A DNA stretch of 62,302 nt, counting the filler, from Candidatus Woesearchaeota archaeon (GTDB lineage Archaea > Nanobdellota > Nanobdellia > Woesearchaeales > WJIZ01): NCBI GenBank assembly GCA_018221205.1. It is 9 parts of 9 records of this genome, joined end to end, with 100 filler letters (N's around TTAATTAATTAA, not from the genome) between each part and the next. Parts side by side here need not be neighbours in the genome. Positions count along the whole stretch, not along the records: positions 45,896 to 51,963 come from JAAOYF010000007.1; positions 52,064 to 55,167 come from JAAOYF010000041.1; positions 55,268 to 58,939 come from JAAOYF010000008.1; positions 59,040 to 62,302 come from JAAOYF010000045.1; 5 more parts are not named here. The stretch is one strand, 5' to 3'. This document shows positions 49,137-59,075 of the stretch, one piece after another. Below the pieces are notes generated by a model. The model worked only from the letters and a program-made list of their open reading frames with translations, was not told where the DNA came from and searched no databases. Every line of letters begins with the position of its first letter. The stretch's first letter is position 1. The position numbers were made by a program, and so were the translations under genes.

Positions 49137-50707
49137 TATTCTATCTTTTTCAGCTTATCCTCAATTGATTTTGATTTCTTTCTTTTTAGCATGAAGAGAG
49201 CAAGTAAGGACATGATAGTAAATGCAACGACGATGAAGTAAGTATAGGTCGGCAAGGAATTGTTCTCAATCTGTTCCTCGATCTTTTCAACAATCGTCGG
49301 CTGTTGTTCTTCGGTCTGCTCTAGAGGGGTTTCTCCTGTTTCTTGAATAGGCGGGTCGATAAATCCAGTCGGAGCATCTATGGTTATAGTATAGGTCTGG
49401 ACATTCTTGAGCGATTCCCCATATTTTGTGTCATAGGTCACTGTCGCTTCGATCTCATAGGTCCCTGGCATTTCAGGAACCCTTATAGGGATATCCACGC
49501 TGTCTGTCGACCCAGAGAAAAAATCAGTGAACAGGAACTGCTTATCCTCGAAGAGATCTGATTTTATCTTCACGAGGACATTCTTGAAATCCTGCTTCTT
49601 ATTCTGGTTGAGAATGAATAATGGAAGGGTGATATCCTGGCCCGGCACATGAGCGATCTTCTCGAAATTTACCTTGAGGGGCTCTGTCGCTACTTCGATA
49701 TCATAGCTTCTTGAGAATCGTTCAGGCGGCCTCGGTGAGCCAGTCTGAAGGGTATACATCACTTCCTCATTTATGGTATAGTTGCCGATCTCCATCGCAA
49801 GCAAGGTGAACGTGATGTTTCTTGATTCACCCTGAGCCAAGGATCCTTCATGTACATAGGCTGAGCCGATTTCTTCTGATTTCCCTGTTTTTGCGATTTT
49901 CTTCAGCCCATCAGGGAAGGATATTGCATATCGGATGTTGATGATATCGAACTCATCGTGTTTGTTCTCGAAGCTTATGAGTATGAGCGATTCTTCACCG
50001 ATGTCCAATCTTTTTTGAGTTATGTTCGTTGTCAGAGACAAGGGAGGCTCTTCAATGATGATCTCTTGCTTGTCTGTCAATGTCTCTATCCCCCACACAA
50101 GGTAGCCTTCTGAGGTGAATGTGGTGTTTTCTTTTGCCTCAAAAATATAGGAGAATTCTCTCTTAATGTTTATGGGCAAGGTACCTTCCCACGTCAATTT
50201 CTTTCCTTCGAGTTTCAATCCATTGATATCTGTCAACTCTACACTGTCGGATATCTCCTCGTAATAATTGGCTTTATCTACAGGAGAGGTGCCTGTATTG
50301 GTGAGAACAATCTCTACCCTTGCACGTTCTCCAGCGAAGAACTCAGTTTTCTGAAATGTCCTCTCAAGGCCGATATCTTCAGATGGTTTCTCCACAGACA
50401 ATTTCGGAAAAAGAGGATATTCCTGCTTTGCTATATCAAATTCATCATCGTTACCTATCCTAATAACCAATAGACATACCCTATATTCATCATCAGATTC
50501 GCACTCACCGACATTTATTATCTCATCCCTTCCAGAAGGATAACTTATCCTTGCTCTCTCTGTGTCAAATGCAATAACACTGAATGTCTTATCATCAGCA
50601 GTAAAATCCTCGTAATTCTTCACTTCGCCATTAAATACCTCATCAAATGTCATCTCTGCGTATGCGAATGAGCAGCATAGCAGTAAAATGAGGAAGTATT
50701 TTTTCAT
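49136..50707 (-). CDS. Secreted, C-terminally anchored Ig-like (BatD/S-layer-like) protein
   Basis: Signal peptide, repeated beta-sandwich patterns, C-terminal TM followed by KRKKSK. Confidence 0.7.
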   Translation of the reverse strand: MKKYFLILLLCCSFAYAEMTFDEVFNGEVKNYEDFTADDKTFSVIAFDTERARISYPSGRDEIINVGECESDDEYRVCLLVIRIGNDDEFDIAKQEYPLFPKLSVEKPSEDIGLERTFQKTEFFAGERARVEIVLTNTGTSPVDKANYYEEISDSVELTDINGLKLEGKKLTWEGTLPINIKREFSYIFEAKENTTFTSEGYLVWGIETLTDKQEIIIEEPPLSLTTNITQKRLDIGEESLILISFENKHDEFDIINIRYAISFPDGLKKIAKTGKSEEIGSAYVHEGSLAQGESRNITFTLLAMEIGNYTINEEVMYTLQTGSPRPPERFSRSYDIEVATEPLKVNFEKIAHVPGQDITLPLFILNQNKKQDFKNVLVKIKSDLFEDKQFLFTDFFSGSTDSVDIPIRVPEMPGTYEIEATVTYDTKYGESLKNVQTYTITIDAPTGFIDPPIQETGETPLEQTEEQQPTIVEKIEEQIENNSLPTYTYFIVVAFTIMSLLALFMLKRKKSKSIEDKLKKIE

Positions 50708-50785
50708 AATGGTTTTTTGGAACATGCCTTATAATAATTTTTTGGTTGTCGATAATTTTAAATAGAAGACAAAGAAAAAAGAACA

Positions 50786-51466
50786 ATGCTTGATTGGAAA
50801 AAAGGAGGAATCATCTTAGCAGTGGTCATCGTCATCATAGTATTCTTTTTCATCCCTAAGCAGTCCAGTACTGATCCGCATGTTGCAGATCAGCAGACCC
50901 AAGAGGATGAATTTGATGTGATTCCCACGACCGTTATGGATCCTGTCAAGGGATTGAATACCAAGTTATCCTGCGACACGAGCGACGAGGACGCGCTAGC
51001 ATGGGTAGAGGCCTTCATCACCGAGACCTGCAAGACAAGATGTGCCGAACGGGGGGATTTTTGCGCTATTGTGGAATTAGATATCAAGGAGAGCGATTAT
51101 AGGCTCTATTGCCCCGAGGGTACGTTCAAGAAGTGGTTCATAGGAGAGAATCTTCTTGTGGATATCCCTTCAGATCCCACTGTTGAAGATAATGAGATCG
51201 TCTTCCCCTGCCTGCCTGATAGGCAAATCAGCCTAGGAGGCGGTGGCGGAGGCAGTGGAGGAGCAGGAGGAGATACACCACCACCTACAAATCCCCCACC
51301 TACAAACCCACCTCCAGATGATCCACCACCTGACAATCCTCCTCCAGATGACCCACCTCCAGATGATCCACCACCTGACGATCCTCCTCCAGATGATCCC
51401 CCCCCACCTTCAGGAGAAGATCCCGGAGCAGGCTTCTCTAACCCAGAAGCAGGGTATGATATTTAG
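50786..51466 (+). CDS. Membrane-anchored protein with Cys domain and Gly/Pro-Asp-rich tail
   Basis: N-terminal TM; six Cys; GGGGGGSGG followed by (PPP[T/D][N/D])n. Confidence 0.65.
   Translation: MLDWKKGGIILAVVIVIIVFFFIPKQSSTDPHVADQQTQEDEFDVIPTTVMDPVKGLNTKLSCDTSDEDALAWVEAFITETCKTRCAERGDFCAIVELDIKESDYRLYCPEGTFKKWFIGENLLVDIPSDPTVEDNEIVFPCLPDRQISLGGGGGGSGGAGGDTPPPTNPPPTNPPPDDPPPDNPPPDDPPPDDPPPDDPPPDDPPPPSGEDPGAGFSNPEAGYDI
51276..51408 (+). repeat. 15-bp degenerate coding tandem repeat (PPPDD-type, about 8 units)
   Basis: CCACCACCTGAC/CCTCCAGATGAT periodicity. Confidence 0.85.
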
Positions 51467-51500
51467 AAAGCTATTTATTTCTTAAGTGATTCATCTATTC

Positions 51501-51914
51501 ATGACCATTACCTATAAGGATGGAATAGATGTTGATTCTACACAATTAGACCCGCTTTGGGAGTTGATAGGCTGGAAACCTAGGGGAAGCCAAAAATGGA
51601 AGGAAATACTGTCTAAATCCTCTTATTTCGTCACAGCTTGGGATGGAGATATCCTTATAGGCTGTGGAAGGATTCTTGAAGATGGAATCATGTGCATGTT
51701 CTATGATATTGCTGTCCTACCTGATCATCAAGGAAAAGGCATCGGATCAGCTATTATGAAGAAGCTAATTGGCAACATTAAGGGTAAAGACTATGCCTCT
51801 ATTGGCCTGTGGAAATGGGAAGAGAATGATATGAATCAATCTTTCTATGAGAAATTCGGCTTTGTCCAGTCAACCTCTGGTATGGAGCTTATCAAGCATA
51901 TGCATCCTGAATGA
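51501..51914 (+). CDS. GNAT-family N-acetyltransferase
   Basis: LIGCGR, DIAVLPDHQGKGIGS, FYEKFGF. Confidence 0.92.
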   Translation: MTITYKDGIDVDSTQLDPLWELIGWKPRGSQKWKEILSKSSYFVTAWDGDILIGCGRILEDGIMCMFYDIAVLPDHQGKGIGSAIMKKLIGNIKGKDYASIGLWKWEENDMNQSFYEKFGFVQSTSGMELIKHMHPE

Positions 51915-52063
51915 TATATAGAATTCTATTAATATAGTAAAAGAATAAGAGAAAGAAAAAAAANNNNNNNNNNNNNNNNNNNNNNNNNNNNNNNNNNNNN
52001 NNNNNNNTTAATTAATTAANNNNNNNNNNNNNNNNNNNNNNNNNNNNNNNNNNNNNNNNNNNN

Positions 52064-52441
52064 AAGCTCACCTTCACCAATAATACTCTAGGGGTGGGTG
52101 TAACACTTTTCCCGCAGGGAAATAACTGGGCATATATCATGATGGCTTCTCCTCTCGAAGACAGCATCTTTACAAGGCTCTACTTCCAAGAAGGCCATGG
52201 CCTCACTAAGTTCAGGAAATTCTCTGAACAGCAATCAGTCATTGGCAATAGGATAGTCGTCTGGCAGGTTGATTGGGAAGGTACAGAGAAGAACGTCCAT
52301 CCTTATTTCCAGCCTGAGCCTGAAGTTGAAGAAGTTGTTGAGGAGATAGTCCTGCCCGAAGAGAGCATGAATGATACTGAAGAGAAAGAATTAAATGACT
52401 CACTGAATTCTTCTGACATGTCAATAACCGCCGATCAGTAG
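52064..52441 (+). CDS. C-terminal fragment, possibly AglB/STT3-type oligosaccharyltransferase
   Basis: LEDSIFTRLYFQEG.GL..F...IVVWQV pattern; followed by glycosyltransferase genes. Confidence 0.45.
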   Translation, partial: KLTFTNNTLGVGVTLFPQGNNWAYIMMASPLEDSIFTRLYFQEGHGLTKFRKFSEQQSVIGNRIVVWQVDWEGTEKNVHPYFQPEPEVEEVVEEIVLPEESMNDTEEKELNDSLNSSDMSITADQ

Positions 52442-52533
52442 ACAGGCGGTTCTTGATCAGGATCAGGAATACCAACAGTTAGCTTTAATAATCACAACTT
52501 GCTCCTTTCTCAATAAAGGGGTATTCCTGACAT

Positions 52534-53190
52534 ATGAAAACCTTCGCAGTGATAGCAGCAAAAAACGAGGAAAAGTATATTTCTGCTGTTGTCAGACAGA
52601 TAAAGAAACATGTCCATAGTGTAATTGTTGTAGATGATGGTTCTCTGGACAAGACAAGGCAGAGGGCTGAAAAGGCTGGTGCTATTGTCCTAGAGCATGT
52701 TGTTAATCTGGGAAAGGGTGCAGCCACCAAGACCGGGATCGAGTATGCTATCTCGCATGGCGCTCAGGCGATCGTTCTCATCGACGGCGACGGTCAGCAC
52801 GCCCCGAAGGAGATTCCAAAGATACTCAATAAGCTGAAGCAGTGCGATATTGTCTTCGGCATCCGCACAAGAAGGAAGCATATGCCTTCTGTCTTGAAAT
52901 TCGGTAATTGGGTCATCAATGAAGCGACAAAACTTCTATATGGGATATATATTCCAGACACACAGTGCGGCTTCAGGGCCTTCAAGGTAGGTGCCTATAA
53001 GAAGATAAGATGGACAAGCTCAAATTACAGCATGGAATCTGAGATGATTGCGCAAGTAGGAAAGAAAAGATTAAAATATGCGTTCGTACCTATCAGCACA
53101 ATCTACTCAGATAGATATAAAGGCACCACGATTATTGACGGCGTCAAGATTGTCGCTAACCTGATCTGGTGGAAGATAAGCAAGAGATAG
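52534..53190 (+). CDS. GT2 glycosyltransferase (DPM1-like polyprenyl-phosphate sugar synthase)
   Basis: VVDDGSLDKT, NLGKGAA, IDGDGQH, DTQCGFRA. Confidence 0.93.
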   Translation: MKTFAVIAAKNEEKYISAVVRQIKKHVHSVIVVDDGSLDKTRQRAEKAGAIVLEHVVNLGKGAATKTGIEYAISHGAQAIVLIDGDGQHAPKEIPKILNKLKQCDIVFGIRTRRKHMPSVLKFGNWVINEATKLLYGIYIPDTQCGFRAFKVGAYKKIRWTSSNYSMESEMIAQVGKKRLKYAFVPISTIYSDRYKGTTIIDGVKIVANLIWWKISKR

Positions 53191-53191
53191 A

Positions 53192-53515
53192 ATGGTACTA
53201 GGCATCCAGATTATAGGGTTGTTTTTCGGATTGTTCATGATCTATTACTCTTTCATGCACTATAAGAGGAAAGAGTACACATTGAAGGAGTTCACTTTCT
53301 GGGTTCTGCTCTGGATCATCTTCATCTATATAGCCTTCTTTCCCAACTCTCTTGATTTCATCGTCAAGCAGTTGAACATCGCCAGGACAATGGATCTGTT
53401 CATCATCCTCGGATTCATGGCACTCATCAGCATGTTCATTTACACCTACACTCTGGTGAGGATCAACCAGAAAAAACTTGAACATATCGTGAGAAAGATA
53501 GCGAAGAAGAAATAA
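53192..53515 (+). CDS. DUF2304 membrane protein
   Basis: Three TM helices, coiled C-terminus LE.IVRKIA; typical partner of DPM1-like GT2. Confidence 0.8.
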   Translation: MVLGIQIIGLFFGLFMIYYSFMHYKRKEYTLKEFTFWVLLWIIFIYIAFFPNSLDFIVKQLNIARTMDLFIILGFMALISMFIYTYTLVRINQKKLEHIVRKIAKKK

Positions 53516-53546
53516 GTTTATATACTATTTTCTGCTCTTGTGGGCT

Positions 53547-54668
53547 ATGACAAATGTGAAGCTTATCCGTGCCATAGACAGGACATTAGGTACACTGCTC
53601 TGCCTGATTCTCTCAGTATTCATAAGGAAAAAGGCTTTGGCACATCCCAAAAATATCCTTTTCATCCAATTATGGAGCATCGGCGAGACTATCTTGACTC
53701 TACCGGCCATCGCTGCAGTAAAGAAAAAGTATAAAGAAGCTAAGATATCTGTATTAAGCACAGATCGCAATAAAGAGGTGTTTGAAGCTGCTGATCTTGA
53801 TATCAAGATAATAACGACTAAGCTGAATCTCTTCTCCCTGATCAAGCTCATCCTGACAAAAAGATTTGATCTGGTCATCGACTTAGAAGAATACCTGAAT
53901 ATTTCCTCAGTTCTCGCATTCTTCCTCGGAAAGTATAGGATTGGTTTCTCCCATAAGATCCGCTCAAAACTCTATCATCAATCAGTTCCCTATAATGATA
54001 AGCAGCATGTCGTAAAAACATTCCTCGATGTCGTCAAGACTATCGGCGCCTCAGATTCCAATAGACGCATTAGCTTAAAGTGTGACAGGCCAGAAAAAGA
54101 TTTGATCAGGAATATCCTCAAGACCGTTCCAAAATCTCATAAGCTCATCGGCATTGCGCCAGGAGCAGCAGAATCTGCCAGATCAAGGATGTGGCCAGAA
54201 GAAAGATATGCTGATCTGGCGAATAGACTCATCAAAGAACAGAAATGTACATTGGTTTTTCTTGGTTCTGACAATGAAAAGACATTAGTGAGAGAAATTG
54301 TAGAAAAGATCAAGATTAAAGGAAAGGTAATAGACACAACAGGAAGACTATCAGTCAAAGAACTCTTCTGCTTAGTGGATAATCTCGATCTTCTCATCTC
54401 TAATGATACTGGCCCGGTCCATGTCGCCTCAGCCCAAGGCACGAAAGTCATTGGCCTATACGGTCCCAACACTCCAATAAGATTCGGCCCTTTCAATCCG
54501 AACAGTATAGCCATCTACAAACCAGAATCATGTCAGTTTTCTCCTTGCATCAACGTCCACAAAGGCCAAGTACCTAACTGCCTCTACAAAAAAGACTCTA
54601 AAGAGTATCAGAAATGTATGAAGGCTATTGGAATAAATGAAGTCTTAGATGCTGTTAAGCAAGTATAA
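53547..54668 (+). CDS. GT9 (ADP-heptose:LPS heptosyltransferase-like) glycosyltransferase
   Basis: IQLWSIGE, FDLVIDL, IAPGA....RMWP, ISNDTGPVHVASA, GLYGP. Confidence 0.92.
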   Translation: MTNVKLIRAIDRTLGTLLCLILSVFIRKKALAHPKNILFIQLWSIGETILTLPAIAAVKKKYKEAKISVLSTDRNKEVFEAADLDIKIITTKLNLFSLIKLILTKRFDLVIDLEEYLNISSVLAFFLGKYRIGFSHKIRSKLYHQSVPYNDKQHVVKTFLDVVKTIGASDSNRRISLKCDRPEKDLIRNILKTVPKSHKLIGIAPGAAESARSRMWPEERYADLANRLIKEQKCTLVFLGSDNEKTLVREIVEKIKIKGKVIDTTGRLSVKELFCLVDNLDLLISNDTGPVHVASAQGTKVIGLYGPNTPIRFGPFNPNSIAIYKPESCQFSPCINVHKGQVPNCLYKKDSKEYQKCMKAIGINEVLDAVKQV

Positions 54669-54670
54669 GG

Positions 54671-55166
54671 GTGATGAAATTGAAAAAGCTTACTGAATGG
54701 ATTATCATAACAATAATAGCTTCAGTTTTTGGTGGATTTCAATGGTATTTTCTTGAGACGAGTATGGGATTTGGTGGTTTGCTACCAAGTATTCTTTTAG
54801 TAATTATTGTAAGTGCGTATACTATCTATACAGTCTATCGATTATTTCAATACCTTACCCCATCCATGAAAAGGAGTACTAAATTTGAAGGAGCAATGAT
54901 ACTCGTAGGATTTTTACAATTGATTACTTTGATAATAATTGGAATGGGATTTATAGGAAATTTGATGGTAGATCTATCGATGCTGTTCTGGGTATTGAGT
55001 CCTGTATTTGCCATAACGGGTGTAATTCTAGTAGTAAGGGCTCAGAAATTCTATAAAAGCGAAGAGTATAGCCAAATATCCTCAATAAGAAAGATTATAT
55101 TCAAAATATTCAGGATTGTGAATGTTATTGCAGCAGTAATTGTTTTGGCTCTTTGGATGTTTGTTG
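54671..55166 (+). CDS. Multi-pass membrane hypothetical protein (3'-partial)
   Basis: Five hydrophobic segments; cut by contig end. Confidence 0.6.
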
Positions 55167-55312
55167 ANNNNNNNNNNNNNNNNNNNNNNNNNNNNNNNNN
55201 NNNNNNNNNNNTTAATTAATTAANNNNNNNNNNNNNNNNNNNNNNNNNNNNNNNNNNNNNNNNNNNNCTGAGCCAATAACTATAAATAACTGATTTGAAT
55301 CCGTTAGACCAT

Positions 55313-55385
55313 GCCCCTGTAGTATAATGGATCAGAACGGGAGCTTGCGGAGCTTCAGATCCGAGTTCGATTCTCGGCAGGGGCG
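55313..55385 (+). tRNA. tRNA-Arg(GCG)
   Basis: Acceptor stem GCCCCTG/CAGGGGC; anticodon arm GGAGC-TTGCGGA-GCTTC; T-loop GTTCGATTC. Confidence 0.95.
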
Positions 55386-55418
55386 TTAATTTTACAGAAT
55401 CGGGACTATAGATTAAGA

Positions 55419-55781
55419 TCACCAAAAATTAACAGGACCCTTCATATTTTTGGATCGAATTAAGTCTGTCAATTTCTTTTTTTCAGTATCATCTTTTATA
55501 GGCTCAATTTCAGACACATTTCCTTCTCTTGATAGTATTCTACCTGGAATGAGAATATTTGGCTGTGGGACCCCATTAATATTGAGGACACGTTCACACA
55601 CTAAAACAGCATCCCCTTTGTAAATGATTTTTTGCTCATACTTCCAACCAGTTATTAGTTGGATTGGCATATCTGTGTCTGTTCCGGCATGATTAGCAAA
55701 AGAAGCTCCGCCGAATGCCTCGCCTACAGGCCCAGATTGATGATAATATCTCATTTTCCAACATTTCTTGTTTTCTTTCAA
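55419..55781 (-). CDS. Hypothetical protein
   Basis: 120-aa ORF, start uncertain; convergent with tRNA-Arg. Confidence 0.45.
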   Translation of the reverse strand: MKENKKCWKMRYYHQSGPVGEAFGGASFANHAGTDTDMPIQLITGWKYEQKIIYKGDAVLVCERVLNINGVPQPNILIPGRILSREGNVSEIEPIKDDTEKKKLTDLIRSKNMKGPVNFW

Positions 55782-55841
55782 CTAATTCAGCAGGGGCATG
55801 GATAATTTTATGTTTTATCAAAAGAAATGAATTTCTCGGGT

Positions 55842-56480
55842 TTATGCATGCTTTTGAAAATACGCCGGATCTGACTTTGCTACTATGGGCTCCTCTCTAT
55901 GAAAAATATGAGATGACGCCACAAGGAGGGCATCCAGTGAGCTGATTGTTGGAAGAGACTTCCAGTTCTTATGGAAAAAGAAGTCTGTGCCTCCATTACT
56001 GCCAACATATACTCCTGAGTGATTGTAGGCAGGTCGCTTAGAACTCTCAAGCAAGATTGCACCCTGGCATCCTGGTTCTTCAAATGATTCAACTTCACTA
56101 AAGCCACTTCTCCCAAATCCAGGTCGACTGAAGCTTGCTATCCCCATAGGAATGGTCATGATTCCTGCTTCTCCAACCGATTTTTCAATAATAGGCACTT
56201 CAATGCCTAGTGCATAGGCGACTGCAACAAAACAATTATAGCCAGTCAACATTGGCTCTTCTTCTATGCTAATCGGACCATTCGGTAATAATGAGCTTAC
56301 CCGTGCAATAACTCCATCGTCTACCTCTGAGGCACCCAGTATTTTATCCCAGACAGGCCTAGTTTGTTCGTACTCTTGAGCCGTTAGACGATCTGTAAAG
56401 AAATGCCAATCGTCTTCTCTCGGAGGTTCAGACAGAATCTTCAATTCCCCTTCTGATAATTCAAGATCTTTCATGAGCAT
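55842..56480 (-). CDS. Hypothetical protein with papain/NlpC-P60-like Cys-His motifs
   Basis: GYNCFVAVAYALG ... NHSGVYVG ... FFFHKNW. Confidence 0.5.
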   Translation of the reverse strand: MLMKDLELSEGELKILSEPPREDDWHFFTDRLTAQEYEQTRPVWDKILGASEVDDGVIARVSSLLPNGPISIEEEPMLTGYNCFVAVAYALGIEVPIIEKSVGEAGIMTIPMGIASFSRPGFGRSGFSEVESFEEPGCQGAILLESSKRPAYNHSGVYVGSNGGTDFFFHKNWKSLPTISSLDALLVASSHIFHREEPIVAKSDPAYFQKHA

Positions 56481-56665
56481 ACGAATAAATACCACCTTAA
56501 AAACCTTTCCACGAATACTTCTAGCAAGTAGTGAAATAATGAAAACTATTCTTGTGCAAACTGCACAATATTTATATATTAGTATATAAATTACCATATT
56601 ATTATAGAGAAATATAGAACGTAAACGCAAACCATAAAGGAAGCGTAAGTGTATAGGAAGAGTAA

Positions 56666-57550
56666 GTGATGACCAAAAGGTCGAATGAAAGTGGGACAGC
56701 GAAAGCTAGGATTATATACATAGTTCTCATTCTATTTGTTTTATCGATTGTGTATGCAGACAATACTATAGAACCATCAGCTCCCACTTCTTTTGAATAC
56801 AGGGGAAATTATTCTGGTGCACGAGCTAACGGAAGCCAGATAGTAAATAAGACACGGGCCTCTATCCATACCATCAAGCTCGATGCACAACAGACATCAT
56901 TGAAATGGATTGGTTATGCGGGAAACATCTCTGGTCAGATAGTCCTCCAAGGTTCCGGAGACGAATCACTGTTCAGATGGGATCTAGTTACTGTAGGAGG
57001 AGAGATATATGCAACTAAAGAAGGGCCAAAAAATGGGGCCTTAAGCGATGGTATAGAAGGAGGAGGCATTCCAGAATGGGAAAATCTGGTGTGTGCAAAT
57101 CTAGAGAATCTGACATTTGAGACCAAATTGATGAATCACTCTATAGCGTATGGTTCTTATGGTGACCAGGACCAATTGCTCAGTACATTCATCCAGCAGG
57201 GCGCAGGATGGACAGCTTCCAAAGATTTCTACGTCGGGCAGAATGCCTTTGTGATCAATGGTAAAGATCAGGATGGCAGTGATTGTTATGGCTTGCATCT
57301 TAATATCAACGAGACAAATCAATCGGCGTTATGGCAGGAAGTGATCATGATGGATCTGACTTATGAAGAAGAGGTTGCGATAGAAGGTACTAATTTGCAG
57401 TGGGATCTAGTGTATGTGACGACATTAGAGAATAAGAGTGACAGCTTCATTAACGGCTCTGTCTTCGACTGGCAGATGATCCTGCCCCAATCCGGCGTAG
57501 AATTTCCTACTTCAAATATCCCCTTTTATTTCTATATTGAGCTGCAGTAA
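56666..57550 (+). CDS. Secreted surface glycoprotein-like hypothetical protein
   Basis: Signal/TM segment; WIGYAGNISG.I.L, GEIYAT, C-terminal YFYIEL; many N-x-S/T sequons. Confidence 0.7.
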   Translation: MMTKRSNESGTAKARIIYIVLILFVLSIVYADNTIEPSAPTSFEYRGNYSGARANGSQIVNKTRASIHTIKLDAQQTSLKWIGYAGNISGQIVLQGSGDESLFRWDLVTVGGEIYATKEGPKNGALSDGIEGGGIPEWENLVCANLENLTFETKLMNHSIAYGSYGDQDQLLSTFIQQGAGWTASKDFYVGQNAFVINGKDQDGSDCYGLHLNINETNQSALWQEVIMMDLTYEEEVAIEGTNLQWDLVYVTTLENKSDSFINGSVFDWQMILPQSGVEFPTSNIPFYFYIELQ

Positions 57551-57601
57551 AGAGCAGTATTCACCCGAAGTTTTTTATACTGGCCAATCCAATATAACTG
57601 A

Positions 57602-57952
57602 ATGAGAAGAATCAAAAAGGAATTATTCTATGAACTCTTTATCTTTGTATTATGCATATTCTTCATCGTTTTGCTCTGGAGACAGAATATCTATCTTACC
57701 CTTATCCTGATTGCATTGTACATTGCAGCAAATCGATTCTGGCACAAGGAGCATGAGTATATCTTCTACATTATCGGAGCCATCTTAGGGCCAGTAGCAG
57801 AGATCATCTCTATCTCCTTTGGTGTATGGAGCTATGCCAACCCAACATTTCTTGGCATACCATTATGGCTGCCCTTTATCTGGGGCCTGGCAGCAGTCAT
57901 GATAACCAGGATAGCAGAGACTTTTGTCAAGATCACAAAACATTCTGCATAA
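57602..57952 (+). CDS. Small membrane protein (DUF2878-like)
   Basis: GPVAEIISISFGVWSY.P..LGIPLWLPFIWG. Confidence 0.65.
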   Translation: MRRIKKELFYELFIFVLCIFFIVLLWRQNIYLTLILIALYIAANRFWHKEHEYIFYIIGAILGPVAEIISISFGVWSYANPTFLGIPLWLPFIWGLAAVMITRIAETFVKITKHSA

Positions 57953-57992
57953 TTTTATAAACTCACATGCCAGGATTCTTCATGGTGATACT

Positions 57993-58190
57993 ATGGGACT
58001 CATAAAATGGGGTATGGACGGATTGAAAAAATTCAATATGTGGGATGTGAGCGTATTGAAGATATATCTGGTCTTGATAGGCACATTGATAGGAGCATAT
58101 TTTGCAAACTTCTTTATCCAGAATGTCTGGACAGTAGTCGCTATTATCGTGCTGGCACTTATTTGGCTCCTCTATAGGATGTTCAAATAA
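57993..58190 (+). CDS. Small two-TM membrane protein
   Basis: KKFNMWDVSVLK plus two hydrophobic helices; GGTGA SD. Confidence 0.6.
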   Translation: MGLIKWGMDGLKKFNMWDVSVLKIYLVLIGTLIGAYFANFFIQNVWTVVAIIVLALIWLLYRMFK

Positions 58191-58191
58191 T

Positions 58192-58392
58192 TTATTTTTT
58201 CTTACTGAGAAAAATCGCCACGAAGAGGAAAAGGACAGCCCAACCGAGGATGCCTCCTCCGATAGCAAAAGCAAGCGGAGATTCATAGTTGAATGCTATA
58301 AAGGCAAACACGATGAACAGGATAGCCAAGTACCACATATGGACGATAAACTTCTTACCCATCCCTTTCAGCTGTTTCACCTTCTTTACCAT
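58192..58392 (-). CDS. Small two-TM membrane protein
   Basis: 66-aa ORF with GGAG SD. Confidence 0.6.
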   Translation of the reverse strand: MVKKVKQLKGMGKKFIVHMWYLAILFIVFAFIAFNYESPLAFAIGGGILGWAVLFLFVAIFLSKKK

Positions 58393-58471
58393 AACTCCTT
58401 CTTGAAAACTGCCCTTTAAAATTATTTCGGTTAAACACTAGATTTTTATACAATAACACCTAGATGAAGTC

Positions 58472-58927
58472 ATGCAAAAAGCGACCTTTGCTGCCGGATG
58501 TTTCTGGGGAGTTGAAGAGATATTCAGAAAGCTGAAAGGAGTGAAACAGACAAGAGTAGGCTACACAGGAGGAAAGTGGACCAAGCCTACCTACATGAAA
58601 GTATGCACTGGATTGTCAGGACACGCAGAATCAATAGAGATAACATTCAATCAAAAAATGGTCTCCTACAAAAGACTATTAGAGAAATTCTGGAGCATGC
58701 ATAACCCTACCCAAGGCAACCGACAAGGCTTTAATCTGGGCCCTCAATATAGGTCAGCTATCTTCTATCATTCAAAAGAGCAAAAAAAACAAGCAGAAGA
58801 ATCAAGAGACAAGCTCCAGAAAAAACTAGAAAAGAAGATCACTACACAGATCAAGCCAGTGCAGACATTCTATGAGGCAGAAAAGTACCATCAGAAGTAT
58901 ATCCAAAAGAAAAGTATTAATACGTAA
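58472..58927 (+). CDS. msrA: Peptide-methionine (S)-S-oxide reductase
   Basis: AAGCFWG, VGYTGG, GHAE, QYRSAIF, FYEAEKYHQKY. Confidence 0.96.
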   Translation: MQKATFAAGCFWGVEEIFRKLKGVKQTRVGYTGGKWTKPTYMKVCTGLSGHAESIEITFNQKMVSYKRLLEKFWSMHNPTQGNRQGFNLGPQYRSAIFYHSKEQKKQAEESRDKLQKKLEKKITTQIKPVQTFYEAEKYHQKYIQKKSINT

Positions 58928-59075
58928 GAGTATTCTACCNNNNNNNNNNNNNNNNNNNNNNNNNNNNNNNNNNNNNNNNNNNNTTAATTAATTAANNNNN
59001 NNNNNNNNNNNNNNNNNNNNNNNNNNNNNNNNNNNNNNNATAAGATTAATAAATCCTCCAGCTTTTAGGAAGACT

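Noticed and set aside
55786..55802. GCAGGGGC as an att-like repeat of the tRNA-Arg 3' end
   Set aside because: Only 8-11 bp match and no integrase is nearby; chance is plausible.
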